Positions 50,877-61,429 are shown, counted from the stretch's first letter. The stretch is 64,000 bases of DNA from an archaeon (GCA_024280435.1 JAJRQD010000026.1:11257-75256), one strand, 5' to 3'. Notes: a model not told the origin generated them from the sequence alone. Numbers and translations are program-made.

Positions 50877-53298
50877 TATATCTGGCAAGCAGTTTTCTCA
50901 TGCTACCAGTTGACTGATATGCAATTCCGTTGACATTGTGGACTGCATTATCCTTTATTATATTTTTCAGCAGTAGCTCAAATCGTTTTCCCACATGATC
51001 ACATTGATATTTTATCATTTTTGGTATTTTATCCAGCTTAGAGAATGCAATAAAACGATCATTAACAATATCACCAACATATTTGAAATATACATCCACC
51101 ATTCTTTCTCTTGCATATGGTACACTCAGTTTCAGAGCATCATGATATGAGTACAGATCAACCTCAGAGATCTGATCATGTGTATCCTCAATAATTCCAA
51201 CTATCACTGCAATATCATCCTTCTTATTCACAATTGCACGCTCATATACTTTGAAAGGGCGAAAATGCAGCTCTCTTCGGATCTCTGGATGTGGATCAAC
51301 TGGAAATTCCACACCCTGCTTATCCTGTATTGATTTTGTATTTGTAGAATGAGTCATCCAGTATCTTTTGTATTTTGAAGGGTTGTATCGATGAAATTTA
51401 TCTGTGAAAATATATGATACTGCGTGTTCCAGATCAATATATGACGGGAATTTGAATACTATTCCCTCCTCTTCCATCTCAATTGACAGTAGATCATCAA
51501 TCAGATGTGTCACAAATGGTAATTCTTTTCTGTGATACTCATCTCTCTCACGATCATAAACCACCAATCTGATCATGGGCGATAGTGCAGAGATGGTTTT
51601 CCCGGTTTTCGTATGAAAATCATAATCATCTGAATACAATGATACACCTGCAATAAAGCGTTTGTTTGGAGAGATTTTGACCAGTAATGGTACTCCTAAC
51701 TCAAAGGATAGTAGAGGAATATTATTTCCTATACTCCATAAATAACATCTACCATCATAAGATACAGTTGCCACAAAATTATCAACCCTTGCCCACATAG
51801 GTGCAATCCCATAAAAATTATGCCCATCCACCTCAAGATCTCCATAGATCATACGATTTGAGTCCTCGGGATAGTTATCATAGGTTAGCTCGGTTATCAG
51901 TTCTAATTTACTCCAGTACTCTATAAAGTAATAAAGAGAGGAGAGGGATAGTCTTATCTGATCAACTGTTGTACCACCATATTTTATATCTATCAACACA
52001 CTATGCCACTCTCTTACGATTAGATTTGATAGATTATCTCTTTTTGATAGAAAATCATCTTCCTCTACCTTTACATGTTTCTCCTGATTATACAGTATTT
52101 CAGTTGAATTATTCAACTCTCGTTTTTTAAGCATACCCAGTGGGGGAGAACCACCAGCATCCCATTCCAGTAAATATCTTTTATTCTCTTCCAATAATAC
52201 AAATGTATTTTTCTTATATCTAGTTACTGGAAAATCAATGCAGGTATTATCAAACATATCAAATAATGTGTGATTACTACCATCTGCAATCATAAAAAAA
52301 CCTTCTGCAACATTAATTCTTGATAGTCGTTGATTTATTCTTCCTGCAAATAAAAAACTGGGGGCATTACTGAAAAAAATATTTTCTTGTTTTATATGAT
52401 CTGCCAGTGATCGAGATAGTATTTTTTCAGTACAGATCATCTCGCCACCTTGATTAGATATGGTATAGAAATCTTTTTCCCGGTATAGCACACCATATCC
52501 ATCAAAGCTGACAATTGCACCATTTGGATTTTTCTTACGATTAGTTGTAATGAAAAAATCGGGTGATTGATAGACTATAAGCTTATCCAGTAAATAGATG
52601 ATCAAAATACTATTGTGTACAAGATACTGTCTCATACCAGGAGGAAGTTGTAATCGTGGAGTTCTTCTGAACTCACCATAGATGACTATCTCTCCATTGA
52701 GTTCTGTATCATTCTGACGAATTATCTGTTTTCTAACATTATCAATCTTCTTGTTGAATAATCTCTCACCATTCAGCACAAATACTCCAGAGCTAATCTT
52801 GTAGTATATCCTGTTGTCATATATCCATGAAAAATCAACAACAATCTTCTTACCACCTATCTCTTTGATACTTCCCCCGGAGTACACATATAATTTGTTA
52901 TTCAGCCGGATAATATAGTTAATCCGATCCCTGATTTTAAAGAAAGACAGTTTCTTGTTCTCATACACATCCCAGATCAAACACTGCTCATCACCTATGA
53001 TTGCAAGATTAGGTGTATTTCGTACCCATTTTATATCTTTGACAGAGATTGGAGATATAATTATAGAGATAAGGTCAGATACATTCTCTTTTTTCTGCCA
53101 CACGATAATATTATCAGTACCATCTGTTGCAGCATATCGTTCCTGATTCACCACTGCAATCTGGATATCTTGAAAATTGAATTCAATCCATGCATATACC
53201 GATAACATATAATTTATTCTAAATCCATTTAATAATAATTTTATTACAAATATATTGCTAGAAGTTATAAATATTTGAATTGGATACCAAATATTCAT
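50869..53298 (-). CDS. Large hypothetical protein, beta-propeller-like N-terminal half
   Basis: 809 aa. WD-like blades (NIIVWQKKEN, CLIWDVYENKK, RCYLWSIGNN). Its 3' end overlaps the RT 3' end by 8 nt (convergent). Confidence 0.5.
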   Translation of the reverse strand: MNIWYPIQIFITSSNIFVIKLLLNGFRINYMLSVYAWIEFNFQDIQIAVVNQERYAATDGTDNIIVWQKKENVSDLISIIISPISVKDIKWVRNTPNLAIIGDEQCLIWDVYENKKLSFFKIRDRINYIIRLNNKLYVYSGGSIKEIGGKKIVVDFSWIYDNRIYYKISSGVFVLNGERLFNKKIDNVRKQIIRQNDTELNGEIVIYGEFRRTPRLQLPPGMRQYLVHNSILIIYLLDKLIVYQSPDFFITTNRKKNPNGAIVSFDGYGVLYREKDFYTISNQGGEMICTEKILSRSLADHIKQENIFFSNAPSFLFAGRINQRLSRINVAEGFFMIADGSNHTLFDMFDNTCIDFPVTRYKKNTFVLLEENKRYLLEWDAGGSPPLGMLKKRELNNSTEILYNQEKHVKVEEDDFLSKRDNLSNLIVREWHSVLIDIKYGGTTVDQIRLSLSSLYYFIEYWSKLELITELTYDNYPEDSNRMIYGDLEVDGHNFYGIAPMWARVDNFVATVSYDGRCYLWSIGNNIPLLSFELGVPLLVKISPNKRFIAGVSLYSDDYDFHTKTGKTISALSPMIRLVVYDRERDEYHRKELPFVTHLIDDLLSIEMEEEGIVFKFPSYIDLEHAVSYIFTDKFHRYNPSKYKRYWMTHSTNTKSIQDKQGVEFPVDPHPEIRRELHFRPFKVYERAIVNKKDDIAVIVGIIEDTHDQISEVDLYSYHDALKLSVPYARERMVDVYFKYVGDIVNDRFIAFSKLDKIPKMIKYQCDHVGKRFELLLKNIIKDNAVHNVNGIAYQSTGSMRKLLARYIS

Positions 53299-53379
53299 CT
53301 ATTGATGATCTATTTTATATTACTTACAAAATTCATTGAATTATACTTCTTGGCATTGAGTCTTGATTGATTCTAGTGT

Positions 53380-53620
53380 GATGTTTCGTCATGCATTGAG
53401 CAAACACAATATATTCAAAGAATCGGTGATCATCGTCACTTGGTTTCCTCTGTCGCTTCTTTGCACGTGCATAAGTTCCTATTGCAGAAACTTTAATGCT
53501 CCTGAGGACCTGTTCCTGTATATCACCGACTCCTGAGAGCGTCAGCTACTACACTGCGTTACATACGCTCTCCTTTTCGCAAGAAGTACACGATTGGTTG
53601 AAAGACCAATCATTATTTTT
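53380..53620. ncRNA. Candidate structured ncRNA in GC-rich ORF-free block
   Basis: About 240 bp at roughly 45% GC, against a background of about 30%. No ORF. Stems GAGAGCG/CGCTCTC (53540-53572) and GTGA/TCAC; duplicated CTCCTGAG. Class and strand undetermined. Confidence 0.3.
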
Positions 53621-53677
53621 ACCGAATATAAGTTGGCAAATCACAAATAACTTAATGTAAAAAAACAAATCACATAC

Positions 53678-54454
53678 ATGCTGAAAGAGAAACGTATATC
53701 AACCAAATTTGGTAGGATGTCATATTTTACATTTGATGGGAAAGACCATAATATACTGTTTATACATGATAATACATCAACCAAGGAATGGTTTGCACAG
53801 CCAGAGATTGAACTACCGGAATATAACTGGATCATTCCAGATCTAATTGGGTTTGGCACCTCAAGTAGATGTGAGAATATTGATGCATACTCAATTGAAC
53901 AGTATACTGAAGATATGTATATGTTATTAGTAGAGGAGAAAATTGATAAGCTAGTAATAATTGCTCATGGCCTAGGTGCTGTAATAGCACATAATCTATC
54001 CAGATACCTTGTAGACAGGGGGATCACTGTGAATATGCTGATCTACATCAATGGTACCTTCTCAAGCAAAGATATGGATCCCATGGGAAAAGATGAATAT
54101 GATAAATATCTTGAAAGACATAATTTTGATATCGAGAGATATACACGACTGAACACCACATACTCCAAACTCATTGTGAAACATCTGAAAAAACTCGATC
54201 CATTCAGTATATGGGCAACTCATAAACAGCTTGATAAATATCTTGAGAATGATATTATGAAAGGTATAAAAGAATGTGATATCCCAACTCGTTATCTCAT
54301 TGGAGAGCACATCAGAGGTGAGAGAACCTCTGAGAAGTTGATGAAATCAACTGAGCATGTGGTTAGTTTTATACCGGATACCAAGTTCAATATACATATC
54401 GAGAATCCACCGGAATTGTGGAAATATATAGAGTTACAATTTGAAAGTTTATAA
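53678..54454 (+). CDS. Alpha/beta-hydrolase fold protein
   Basis: HDN oxyanion region (LFIHDN) and nucleophile elbow IIAHGLGA. Confidence 0.6.
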   Translation: MLKEKRISTKFGRMSYFTFDGKDHNILFIHDNTSTKEWFAQPEIELPEYNWIIPDLIGFGTSSRCENIDAYSIEQYTEDMYMLLVEEKIDKLVIIAHGLGAVIAHNLSRYLVDRGITVNMLIYINGTFSSKDMDPMGKDEYDKYLERHNFDIERYTRLNTTYSKLIVKHLKKLDPFSIWATHKQLDKYLENDIMKGIKECDIPTRYLIGEHIRGERTSEKLMKSTEHVVSFIPDTKFNIHIENPPELWKYIELQFESL

Positions 54455-54455
54455 T

Positions 54456-54692
54456 TCAGTGCAATTCAGATCTCATTCTTACAATACTTGTATGTGGAAC
54501 GAAGAATTTTCTGTTCTTTCCAAGATATTTGACTGCCTCAACTGTATAACCAACATCATCTTTGAAAAGTATCTTAACGTTCTGTACTTCCTCAACTTTT
54601 TTACCTGCCTCTCGTATCCAGATAGTGAATTTATTCTTCTTTTTACCAATCAGGTGCTCAAGATGCCCACTGACTTCAAATTCTTCAGCCAT
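54456..54692 (-). CDS. Small basic beta-rich protein (paralog A)
   Basis: 78 aa; HLIGKKKNKFTIWIREAGKKVEEVQNVKILFKDDVGYTVEAVKYLGKNRKFFVP; paralogous to the adjacent gene. Confidence 0.45.
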   Translation of the reverse strand: MAEEFEVSGHLEHLIGKKKNKFTIWIREAGKKVEEVQNVKILFKDDVGYTVEAVKYLGKNRKFFVPHTSIVRMRSELH

Positions 54693-54700
54693 ATTAACAC

Positions 54701-54922
54701 CTAAATGAATTCCTGCCTGAGTGAGATCAGACTTAGCATAGGAACGAATAATCGTCTATTCTTACCTACATGCTTCATTTCCTCAACTGTTACTCCCTTA
54801 GCATCCATATACAGGATCTTGACAGAGTCAATTGTCTTAACCTTGTCACCTTCTCGAAGCTTCAAAGTCCATTCATTCTTATTTTTACCAACTAAATGTT
54901 CATAATGGGGCGATTGTGCCAT
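54701..54922 (-). CDS. Small basic beta-rich protein (paralog B)
   Basis: 73 aa; HLVGKNKNEWTLKLREGDKVKTIDSVKILYMDAKGVTVEEMKHVGKNRRLFVP; collinear with paralog A. Confidence 0.45.
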   Translation of the reverse strand: MAQSPHYEHLVGKNKNEWTLKLREGDKVKTIDSVKILYMDAKGVTVEEMKHVGKNRRLFVPMLSLISLRQEFI

Positions 54923-55019
54923 ATTATATAACTGTGCAATACTTCTTTTTATTTATTTGTGATTCTATTTGTTTTAATACATATTTTCATTTCAAATATT
55001 TCCAATTTGATTGTATATT

Positions 55020-55790
55020 CTATCTGAATTTTTCAATAAGTATGGGTTTTATCACAGAGGTCCATAATTTATAACCCTCTGCATTCAGATGTATACCATC
55101 CCATTTGAACAGTGAATAATTTATCTTTCCATCTTCCATCATCACATCTGTAATATCGATATAATACAATTGATTTTTACCTTCACAGTATTCCTGTATC
55201 AGTTTATTCGCTCTCTGCATCTCAGACCATTGTTTTTTTCTCCTCTTTGGTGGTTTGATTGATACAAAGTATATTGGAATATCCTCTGATATCTGTGCAG
55301 TCAATTCACAGAATTTTATGAAATTATTCAACACTGTCTCTGCACTCTCGCCCTTGACCATTGGAAAGCCTGAAATATCATTCTCTCCTGCATAGAACAC
55401 TATTGCCCTGGGATTATATGGTAGAACCACATCTTCAAAGTAGTACAGAACATCGGGTATTCTGGAGCATCCAAAACCACGATTTATGACTGATAAAGGA
55501 GCCATATCATTTTCCAATGTTTCCCAGTATTTGATACTCGAACTCCCTGTGAATACAATCACTTCATTTGCCAGCTTTTTAAGATCTTCACTCACAAATT
55601 TATCAATATCACCACCCCATACGGTGGCATCATAATTTTTCAAACGCTTCAGCTTACCAAGTATATTCACAAATATATAGAATACAGCTGCGAAAATAGT
55701 GATACCAGCATATGTTATCCAATCATTCATATCAAATGTACTGTGGATGCCATTATAAGTATTATTAGAAAATAATATTAAATATTGCAA
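55020..55790 (-). CDS. SGNH/GDSL-family hydrolase, membrane anchored
   Basis: N-terminal TM segment; the GSSS block (VIVFTGSSSIKYW) and a GxND block (YAGENDI). Confidence 0.6.
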   Translation of the reverse strand: MQYLILFSNNTYNGIHSTFDMNDWITYAGITIFAAVFYIFVNILGKLKRLKNYDATVWGGDIDKFVSEDLKKLANEVIVFTGSSSIKYWETLENDMAPLSVINRGFGCSRIPDVLYYFEDVVLPYNPRAIVFYAGENDISGFPMVKGESAETVLNNFIKFCELTAQISEDIPIYFVSIKPPKRRKKQWSEMQRANKLIQEYCEGKNQLYYIDITDVMMEDGKINYSLFKWDGIHLNAEGYKLWTSVIKPILIEKFR

Positions 55791-55910
55791 TTACCTGGTC
55801 TACATTATAATTGTAAAATTATGGTTAAAAGTGAATGTGTGGTAAAAAATAAATATTTTTAATGATTAGTATAGACAATACTTATACTTTGATGATGTAT
55901 ATAAGATACT

Positions 55911-56600
55911 ATGAATCTTGATACAGTCATTCAAAGATGCCAATCACAGGGGTATACTATCTCAGATAGATTGATAAAGATAGTAGATTCAATTGATAGG
56001 AGTATTTTTGTTGAGAGTAAATATCAAGAGAGAGCCACTGATGATAACCCACTGCCAATTCCCAATAATCAGACCATCTCAGCACCCCATATGGTTCTGA
56101 TGATGCTTGCTGATGAGGCACTAGATGTACATGCAGGTGATAAGGTATTGGAGATCGGTACTGGTAGTGGCTATAATGCGGCGATATTAACATTACTGGT
56201 GGGAGAGAATGGTAAATTAATCACTATTGAACGTCATGCAAAACTGGTTGAATTTGCTCGAAATAATATGATCAATGCAAAAATACCACTGAATTATGAG
56301 ATAATTCATGGTGATGGAACTCTTGGATTATCAGATATGCAATTTGACAGAATAATTGTAACCGCATCAGGTCCATATATCCCGGATACACTGATAGAGC
56401 AGCTTAAATCAGGTGGAAAAATGGTTATTCCTGTTAAAAGCAGAGTATATGAGATATTATTGCGAGTTGAGAAGATAGATAGCACAGATAAATCCAATAA
56501 AGAGTACATGCAAAGAAACAGTGAATTTATTGATAAAATCAGGATTACGGATCTTGGAGGTGTTAGATTTGTACCACTTGTTGGAAAATATGGACATTAA
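55911..56600 (+). CDS. pcm: Protein-L-isoaspartate O-methyltransferase
   Basis: ISAPHMV and VLEIGTGSGYNAA SAM-binding motifs; 229 aa. Confidence 0.85.
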   Translation: MNLDTVIQRCQSQGYTISDRLIKIVDSIDRSIFVESKYQERATDDNPLPIPNNQTISAPHMVLMMLADEALDVHAGDKVLEIGTGSGYNAAILTLLVGENGKLITIERHAKLVEFARNNMINAKIPLNYEIIHGDGTLGLSDMQFDRIIVTASGPYIPDTLIEQLKSGGKMVIPVKSRVYEILLRVEKIDSTDKSNKEYMQRNSEFIDKIRITDLGGVRFVPLVGKYGH

Positions 56601-56672
56601 TTGTAATTTTATCAGTGCCTATCTTGAATGATTTAACAATACTTTATAATATACACTAACTATCAAAAATAG

Positions 56673-57164
56673 ATGGAAGATAAGATATTAGAGAGATTAA
56701 GTATAACAATTACTCATGATAGCAGGAAAAAAAGAGGTGATGCTATACCAGGATACAATAATTTCATCAGAGAATTCGATATATATGAGAAAAAAAGCTA
56801 CAAAGAGGAATTAGAATGTCCTATCTGTGAGGAGAAGGTCATTGTATCTGTAAATTCATTCAAGAGTGCAACTCAACTGAATAAAATAGGTTACGCAGTA
56901 ATAATCACACCAATGATAATCTATTATCTAATCACTGTATTCGGACAATTACTGTATGGAGACCTGTCAGATTACAATATACTTACCTACCTCATATTAT
57001 TTATCTTCCCAATAATACCTGCTGCAATACTCGGCGGGATTATTGGTATGATCCTCTACTTCATACTTGGAGAACTGAATATAATCAATGATGCAGGTTA
57101 CAGAGTTACTAGTAAAAGCAGAAAACACAGGGCCAATGGAATAATTATTGGAAAAGTAGTGTAA
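56673..57164 (+). CDS. Zinc-ribbon membrane protein
   Basis: CPICEEKV ribbon half-site followed by TM helices. Confidence 0.4.
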   Translation: MEDKILERLSITITHDSRKKRGDAIPGYNNFIREFDIYEKKSYKEELECPICEEKVIVSVNSFKSATQLNKIGYAVIITPMIIYYLITVFGQLLYGDLSDYNILTYLILFIFPIIPAAILGGIIGMILYFILGELNIINDAGYRVTSKSRKHRANGIIIGKVV

Positions 57165-57274
57165 CTTTTGTGTAATAAAAATTCAATAAAATTATGTCTT
57201 GTATTATTAAATATTATTCCAAGATAGAATTGAGGCTTATACTTAAAAGTACCTTTTCTAGTTGTAAAAAATCA

Positions 57275-58429
57275 TCATTCAAATGTATCAAAGTATTCAT
57301 CCAATGTTTTTACCTGTTCTATATTCTTGTAATCCTCGATTACAAGCTCAGTATTCTCGCCTAGAATTGATTTACGATATATCTCCCGGAGTACATTGAT
57401 TGATATGAATTTATTGTCATAATAACAGTACCAATAATCCCAGCCATTATTATTTTTTATATTAAGTAAATATGCGGATAATGAATGTATAGACCCGGAG
57501 ATATTCCCCGAGATAACACTTGCATCTGCTTTGACAATTGCAGATTTACTCTTATCTCTGGAATAGATTGTATCGCCAATATTGATCATCTTAGCATCTA
57601 TTAACTGAGAGAATTTCACCCGGGTGGCATTTTTCCGGTTAAAAGTGGTGTATACATTCTCAGGTATATTCTTATCAACCACTATACTATTAATACGCTC
57701 ATTTGCAACAGAGATATATTTTTGATCTCTCTCTATTCCAAGCCAGTTTCTCTTCAGTTTTTTTGCGACTGCACCAGTTGTGCCAGATCCGAAGAATGGA
57801 TCAAGTACGACATCACCAATATTTGAGGAGGATAATATCACACGATTGAGTAATGCCTCAGGTTTCTGTGTGGGATGTGCCTTTACTCCATCTATCTTCA
57901 CTCGTTCACTACCCTGGCATATTGGTATGAGCCAATCACTTCTCATCTGTTTATTATCATTGAATCGTTTCATTGTCTGATAATGAAAGGTGAATTTTGA
58001 TTTTTTTGATTTAGATGCCCAGATAATAGTTTCATGGGCATTGTTGAATCTAGTACCTTTGAAATTGGGTGTGGGATTGACCTTTATCCAGACAATATCA
58101 TTTAGTATCCAGAAATCCATATCCTGCATGATATTTCCGATTCTGAAAATATTGTGATAGGTACCTATTACCCAGATAGATCCAGTATCTTTCAGTATTC
58201 TTCTGCATTCTCTTAGCCATGCAATACTGAATTTATCATATTCTTTCATAGTATCAAATTTATCCCATTCATCCTCCACTCCTTCAAATTTATTCTCATT
58301 TGGTCGAATGAGTTCATTCTCAAGCTGTAAATTGTATGGTGGATCTGCAAATATCAAATCAATTGAATTATCGGGTAATTCTCTGAGTTTATCTATAGAA
58401 TCACCTTGGATAATTCTGTTGATAATCAT
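57275..58429 (-). CDS. DNA N6-adenine/N4-cytosine methyltransferase (beta class) with long C-terminal extension
   Basis: Motif IV DPPY (LIFADPPYNL) near the N-terminus and motif I FFGSGTTG downstream (beta-class order). An extra C-terminal domain of about 100 aa follows. Confidence 0.8.
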   Translation of the reverse strand: MIINRIIQGDSIDKLRELPDNSIDLIFADPPYNLQLENELIRPNENKFEGVEDEWDKFDTMKEYDKFSIAWLRECRRILKDTGSIWVIGTYHNIFRIGNIMQDMDFWILNDIVWIKVNPTPNFKGTRFNNAHETIIWASKSKKSKFTFHYQTMKRFNDNKQMRSDWLIPICQGSERVKIDGVKAHPTQKPEALLNRVILSSSNIGDVVLDPFFGSGTTGAVAKKLKRNWLGIERDQKYISVANERINSIVVDKNIPENVYTTFNRKNATRVKFSQLIDAKMINIGDTIYSRDKSKSAIVKADASVISGNISGSIHSLSAYLLNIKNNNGWDYWYCYYDNKFISINVLREIYRKSILGENTELVIEDYKNIEQVKTLDEYFDTFE

Positions 58430-58587
58430 GAACTAGCTATAAATTAGCATAATAAATATTTTTACAAGTGTTGTGTATTTTTTTGAGAGACAATAGAATT
58501 CAGTAGAGCATCTGAAATTAATCTTAGAGATTACACCTATTATTTTCCTTTAATAAATTATTAATATATAGAATTTGAATAGGAAAC

Positions 58588-59829
58588 ATGAACTATTCAC
58601 AGTTCACACAATTCTCAGAAGCCAAGAGATTGTTGAATAGCAACACGTTAACGCCACTGGTTGAAGTAATCCCCATAAGTATGGCAATTGGAAGGATACT
58701 GGCAGAAGATATTCAGTGTATCAAAGATCATCCGGCAACAGATATCTCAGCAATGGATGGATATGCCTTGCAAGCATCAATAACCTCTGATGCCACGGAG
58801 GGGAATACAGTCTCAGTTCCAGTGAGTAAGGTTATTCATACTGATAATTACAACAGAATAGTTATTGAGGATAATTCCTGTGCCAGAATAGATACAGGAG
58901 CAATAATTCCTGCAAATGTGGATGCAGTGGTTATGGTTGAGAATGTACAGATAGGAACTGATCAGATAACAATACAAAAGCCAGTGACATCGGGTACCAA
59001 TATAATCAAAAAAAGTTCAAATATAGCTATAAATGAAAAAATATATGTTGCGGGTCAGCAATTATTTGCACAGGATATTGCATTTCTATTCTCTCAGCAG
59101 ATCACTGATGTGAGAGTATATCAACAATTCAGTATTGGACTACTAATCACAGGTAATGAATTGACAAGAGACCCTGTTGCAGAGCCAGATAAGACTATTG
59201 AGACCACAAGCATTATAGTTAAACACATGTTGGCAGAGGTATCATCCAAGATCATTGATTTTGGGATAATAAAGGATGAGTATGAATTACTGAGAGAAAG
59301 AGTGAATGAGATCATAGAAGAGGTTGATATTCTGATAATCACAGGGGGTACATCAAGAGGTACGCATGACTACACAGCAGATGTACTTGGTGAGATTGAA
59401 GGATCTGAAATGATATTCCATTTTGTATCTATTAAGCCGGGTAAGCCATTTGGTGCCTGGAGAATTGCCACTGATAAAATTATATTCCTGCTTCCCGGAC
59501 CACCAGTTGCGGCTTTTGTCACATATGAATTTCTGATAAAAGATTTCATCAATCATAGCTACAATTTTCTGCCAAAGTATCTGAAAAATCAGATAGTTGA
59601 GGTGAAGATGATAGATGAGGTAAAATCAAGAAAGTACAGGAAAGATTTCATCAGAGTAAGTGTATTGATTGAGGATGGAAAACTAGTTGCCAGATTGATC
59701 AAATCACAGAGTTCCAGCAATCTATCCTCATTAACACTTGGAAATGGAATTATAGAGATTGGGGAAGATATGCTTCTTATTGAGAGGGGTAGTAAACAAC
59801 TGGTAAGACTGATAAAACATGTGTATTGA
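58588..59829 (+). CDS. moeA: Molybdopterin molybdenum/tungsten-transferase MoeA
   Basis: 413 aa; N-terminal ...ISAMDGYAL motif; four-domain MoeA length. Confidence 0.8.
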   Translation: MNYSQFTQFSEAKRLLNSNTLTPLVEVIPISMAIGRILAEDIQCIKDHPATDISAMDGYALQASITSDATEGNTVSVPVSKVIHTDNYNRIVIEDNSCARIDTGAIIPANVDAVVMVENVQIGTDQITIQKPVTSGTNIIKKSSNIAINEKIYVAGQQLFAQDIAFLFSQQITDVRVYQQFSIGLLITGNELTRDPVAEPDKTIETTSIIVKHMLAEVSSKIIDFGIIKDEYELLRERVNEIIEEVDILIITGGTSRGTHDYTADVLGEIEGSEMIFHFVSIKPGKPFGAWRIATDKIIFLLPGPPVAAFVTYEFLIKDFINHSYNFLPKYLKNQIVEVKMIDEVKSRKYRKDFIRVSVLIEDGKLVARLIKSQSSSNLSSLTLGNGIIEIGEDMLLIERGSKQLVRLIKHVY

Positions 59830-59839
59830 TTTATATATT

Positions 59840-60181
59840 TTATTTGATATTTTCGGGAATATCAGTTAATTTCTCGGTGATATAACGTATGGTATCTTTC
59901 TCATCTGCATTATCATACTGCGTATCATCTTTCTTTCCCAGTAGCACAACGACCCTGTTGATGTCTTTCTCATGATCAAAGTGTTGATCATTTTGTCGGG
60001 CACCTATATTGATAAATGTCTCAAGTACATCTCTGACGACCTCCAGGGCATCAGTTACGGATATATGCAATCGATGTGCCTCTTTGATTATTGTATTACC
60101 GATAATATCTCTGTAAGTGTGTATATTTGGGATCTTATCAAGATGTTCGAATTCAGTATCGCAGGTATCACATTTCACCAT
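59840..60181 (-). CDS. Hypothetical protein with N-terminal CxxC
   Basis: 113 aa; MVKCDTCDTEF; no other motif. Confidence 0.35.
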   Translation of the reverse strand: MVKCDTCDTEFEHLDKIPNIHTYRDIIGNTIIKEAHRLHISVTDALEVVRDVLETFINIGARQNDQHFDHEKDINRVVVLLGKKDDTQYDNADEKDTIRYITEKLTDIPENIK

Positions 60182-60302
60182 ATTTTATAGTGATAATATT
60201 ATCTTATTAGTATTCACATAGTAGAAATTCAAAAGGTAGAAATTGTTGAATAAAATAATATAGCAATTTCTCGATATTAGTAGATTTTTTAAAATACTGT
60301 TT

Positions 60303-61367
60303 ATGATAGATACTATGGAATTTGAAAAGGTTAAATTCAATCCAGAAGATGATGATAACTGGGTTATTTTATTGGATTTTAACAGGTCGCTACACAGATA
60401 TCTGTATCCAAATGAGGCACGTATCTCAGATGAGGCAAATAAGCAGGAAATAATCAGGCAATTCAGTCGGGGAGATATCAAATTTGATATTTATCTGGTA
60501 TTTGAGAGGGCAAAAAGAGATAAGATGATTGCGCTGTTCATGGTTGGCTTCTTCTATGATGGCCCGGATATGATGAACAAAGAGGTGGGCATAACAGACA
60601 TCATAGTATTACCGGAGTACAGGCGGAAAGGAATTGCAAAGATGTTATTCAAGGATTTACATGATATAATGAAGGAGCATGGTATTGTGGATATTATCTG
60701 TAATTCACAGGAGGAGGAGGGTAAATTGATGATTGAGAAGATGAATGGGAAAGTACTGGAGAGTAATATTGAGAACAGAGTATATTTGAAAGATATTGAC
60801 TGGAATTTGATGAATGAATGGGTGACAGATGGAATATCTAATAATAAAGATGTTAATCTGAAAGTATTCTCAAAGATACCAGATGAGTATATGAACTGGT
60901 ATATTGCCATGCAGAATGAGATGCTTGATTATTTCCCCAAGGATAATCTCAGTTTGAATGAGGCGATGATCACCAGTGAGATGATCCGTGGTAAAGAGGA
61001 ACAGCTATCCTTCTCGGGAAAGACCAAGATCACAGCTATTCTGTACACAGATAAGATACTTGCCCAGACAGAGATGATTTTTGCACAGAATAATCTTGAC
61101 AGGATATACCAGGGATTGAGTTATACACTTCCACGATATGTGAACAAAGGGCTGGGCAAGTGGATGAAAGCATATATGCTGAGATTTGTGAAGGATAATT
61201 ATGAGACGGTAGAATTTATCAATAGCAATCTCATCTCAGATGATGCTGCATTGTCATCAATTAATGAACGTATTGGATTTCAGAGAGCTAAACGATACTA
61301 TACACTGGAAATATCAACTGAGCAGCTTGGAATATATCTACATGAATTTTTCCATGTATTGGTATAA
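60303..61367 (+). CDS. Tandem GNAT-fold acyltransferase-like protein
   Basis: The N-terminal half carries a GNAT motif A (YRRKGIAKMLF); the C-terminal half is a second GNAT-like fold. Confidence 0.55.
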   Translation: MIDTMEFEKVKFNPEDDDNWVILLDFNRSLHRYLYPNEARISDEANKQEIIRQFSRGDIKFDIYLVFERAKRDKMIALFMVGFFYDGPDMMNKEVGITDIIVLPEYRRKGIAKMLFKDLHDIMKEHGIVDIICNSQEEEGKLMIEKMNGKVLESNIENRVYLKDIDWNLMNEWVTDGISNNKDVNLKVFSKIPDEYMNWYIAMQNEMLDYFPKDNLSLNEAMITSEMIRGKEEQLSFSGKTKITAILYTDKILAQTEMIFAQNNLDRIYQGLSYTLPRYVNKGLGKWMKAYMLRFVKDNYETVEFINSNLISDDAALSSINERIGFQRAKRYYTLEISTEQLGIYLHEFFHVLV

Positions 61368-61429
61368 TTTTTGAACTAATGCAATAAATCTCGAAATTAG
61401 TCAGATAGTTTTAAGAATTGAAGTAGTAA

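Noticed and set aside
53380-53620. Specific assignment of the GC-rich block as SRP RNA or RNase P RNA
   Set aside because: There is a partial resemblance of CAGGUCCUCAGGAGCA (minus strand) to the SRP helix-8 region, but no GNRA tetraloop and no RNase P CR-I/P4 motifs. It is kept only as a generic ncRNA candidate.
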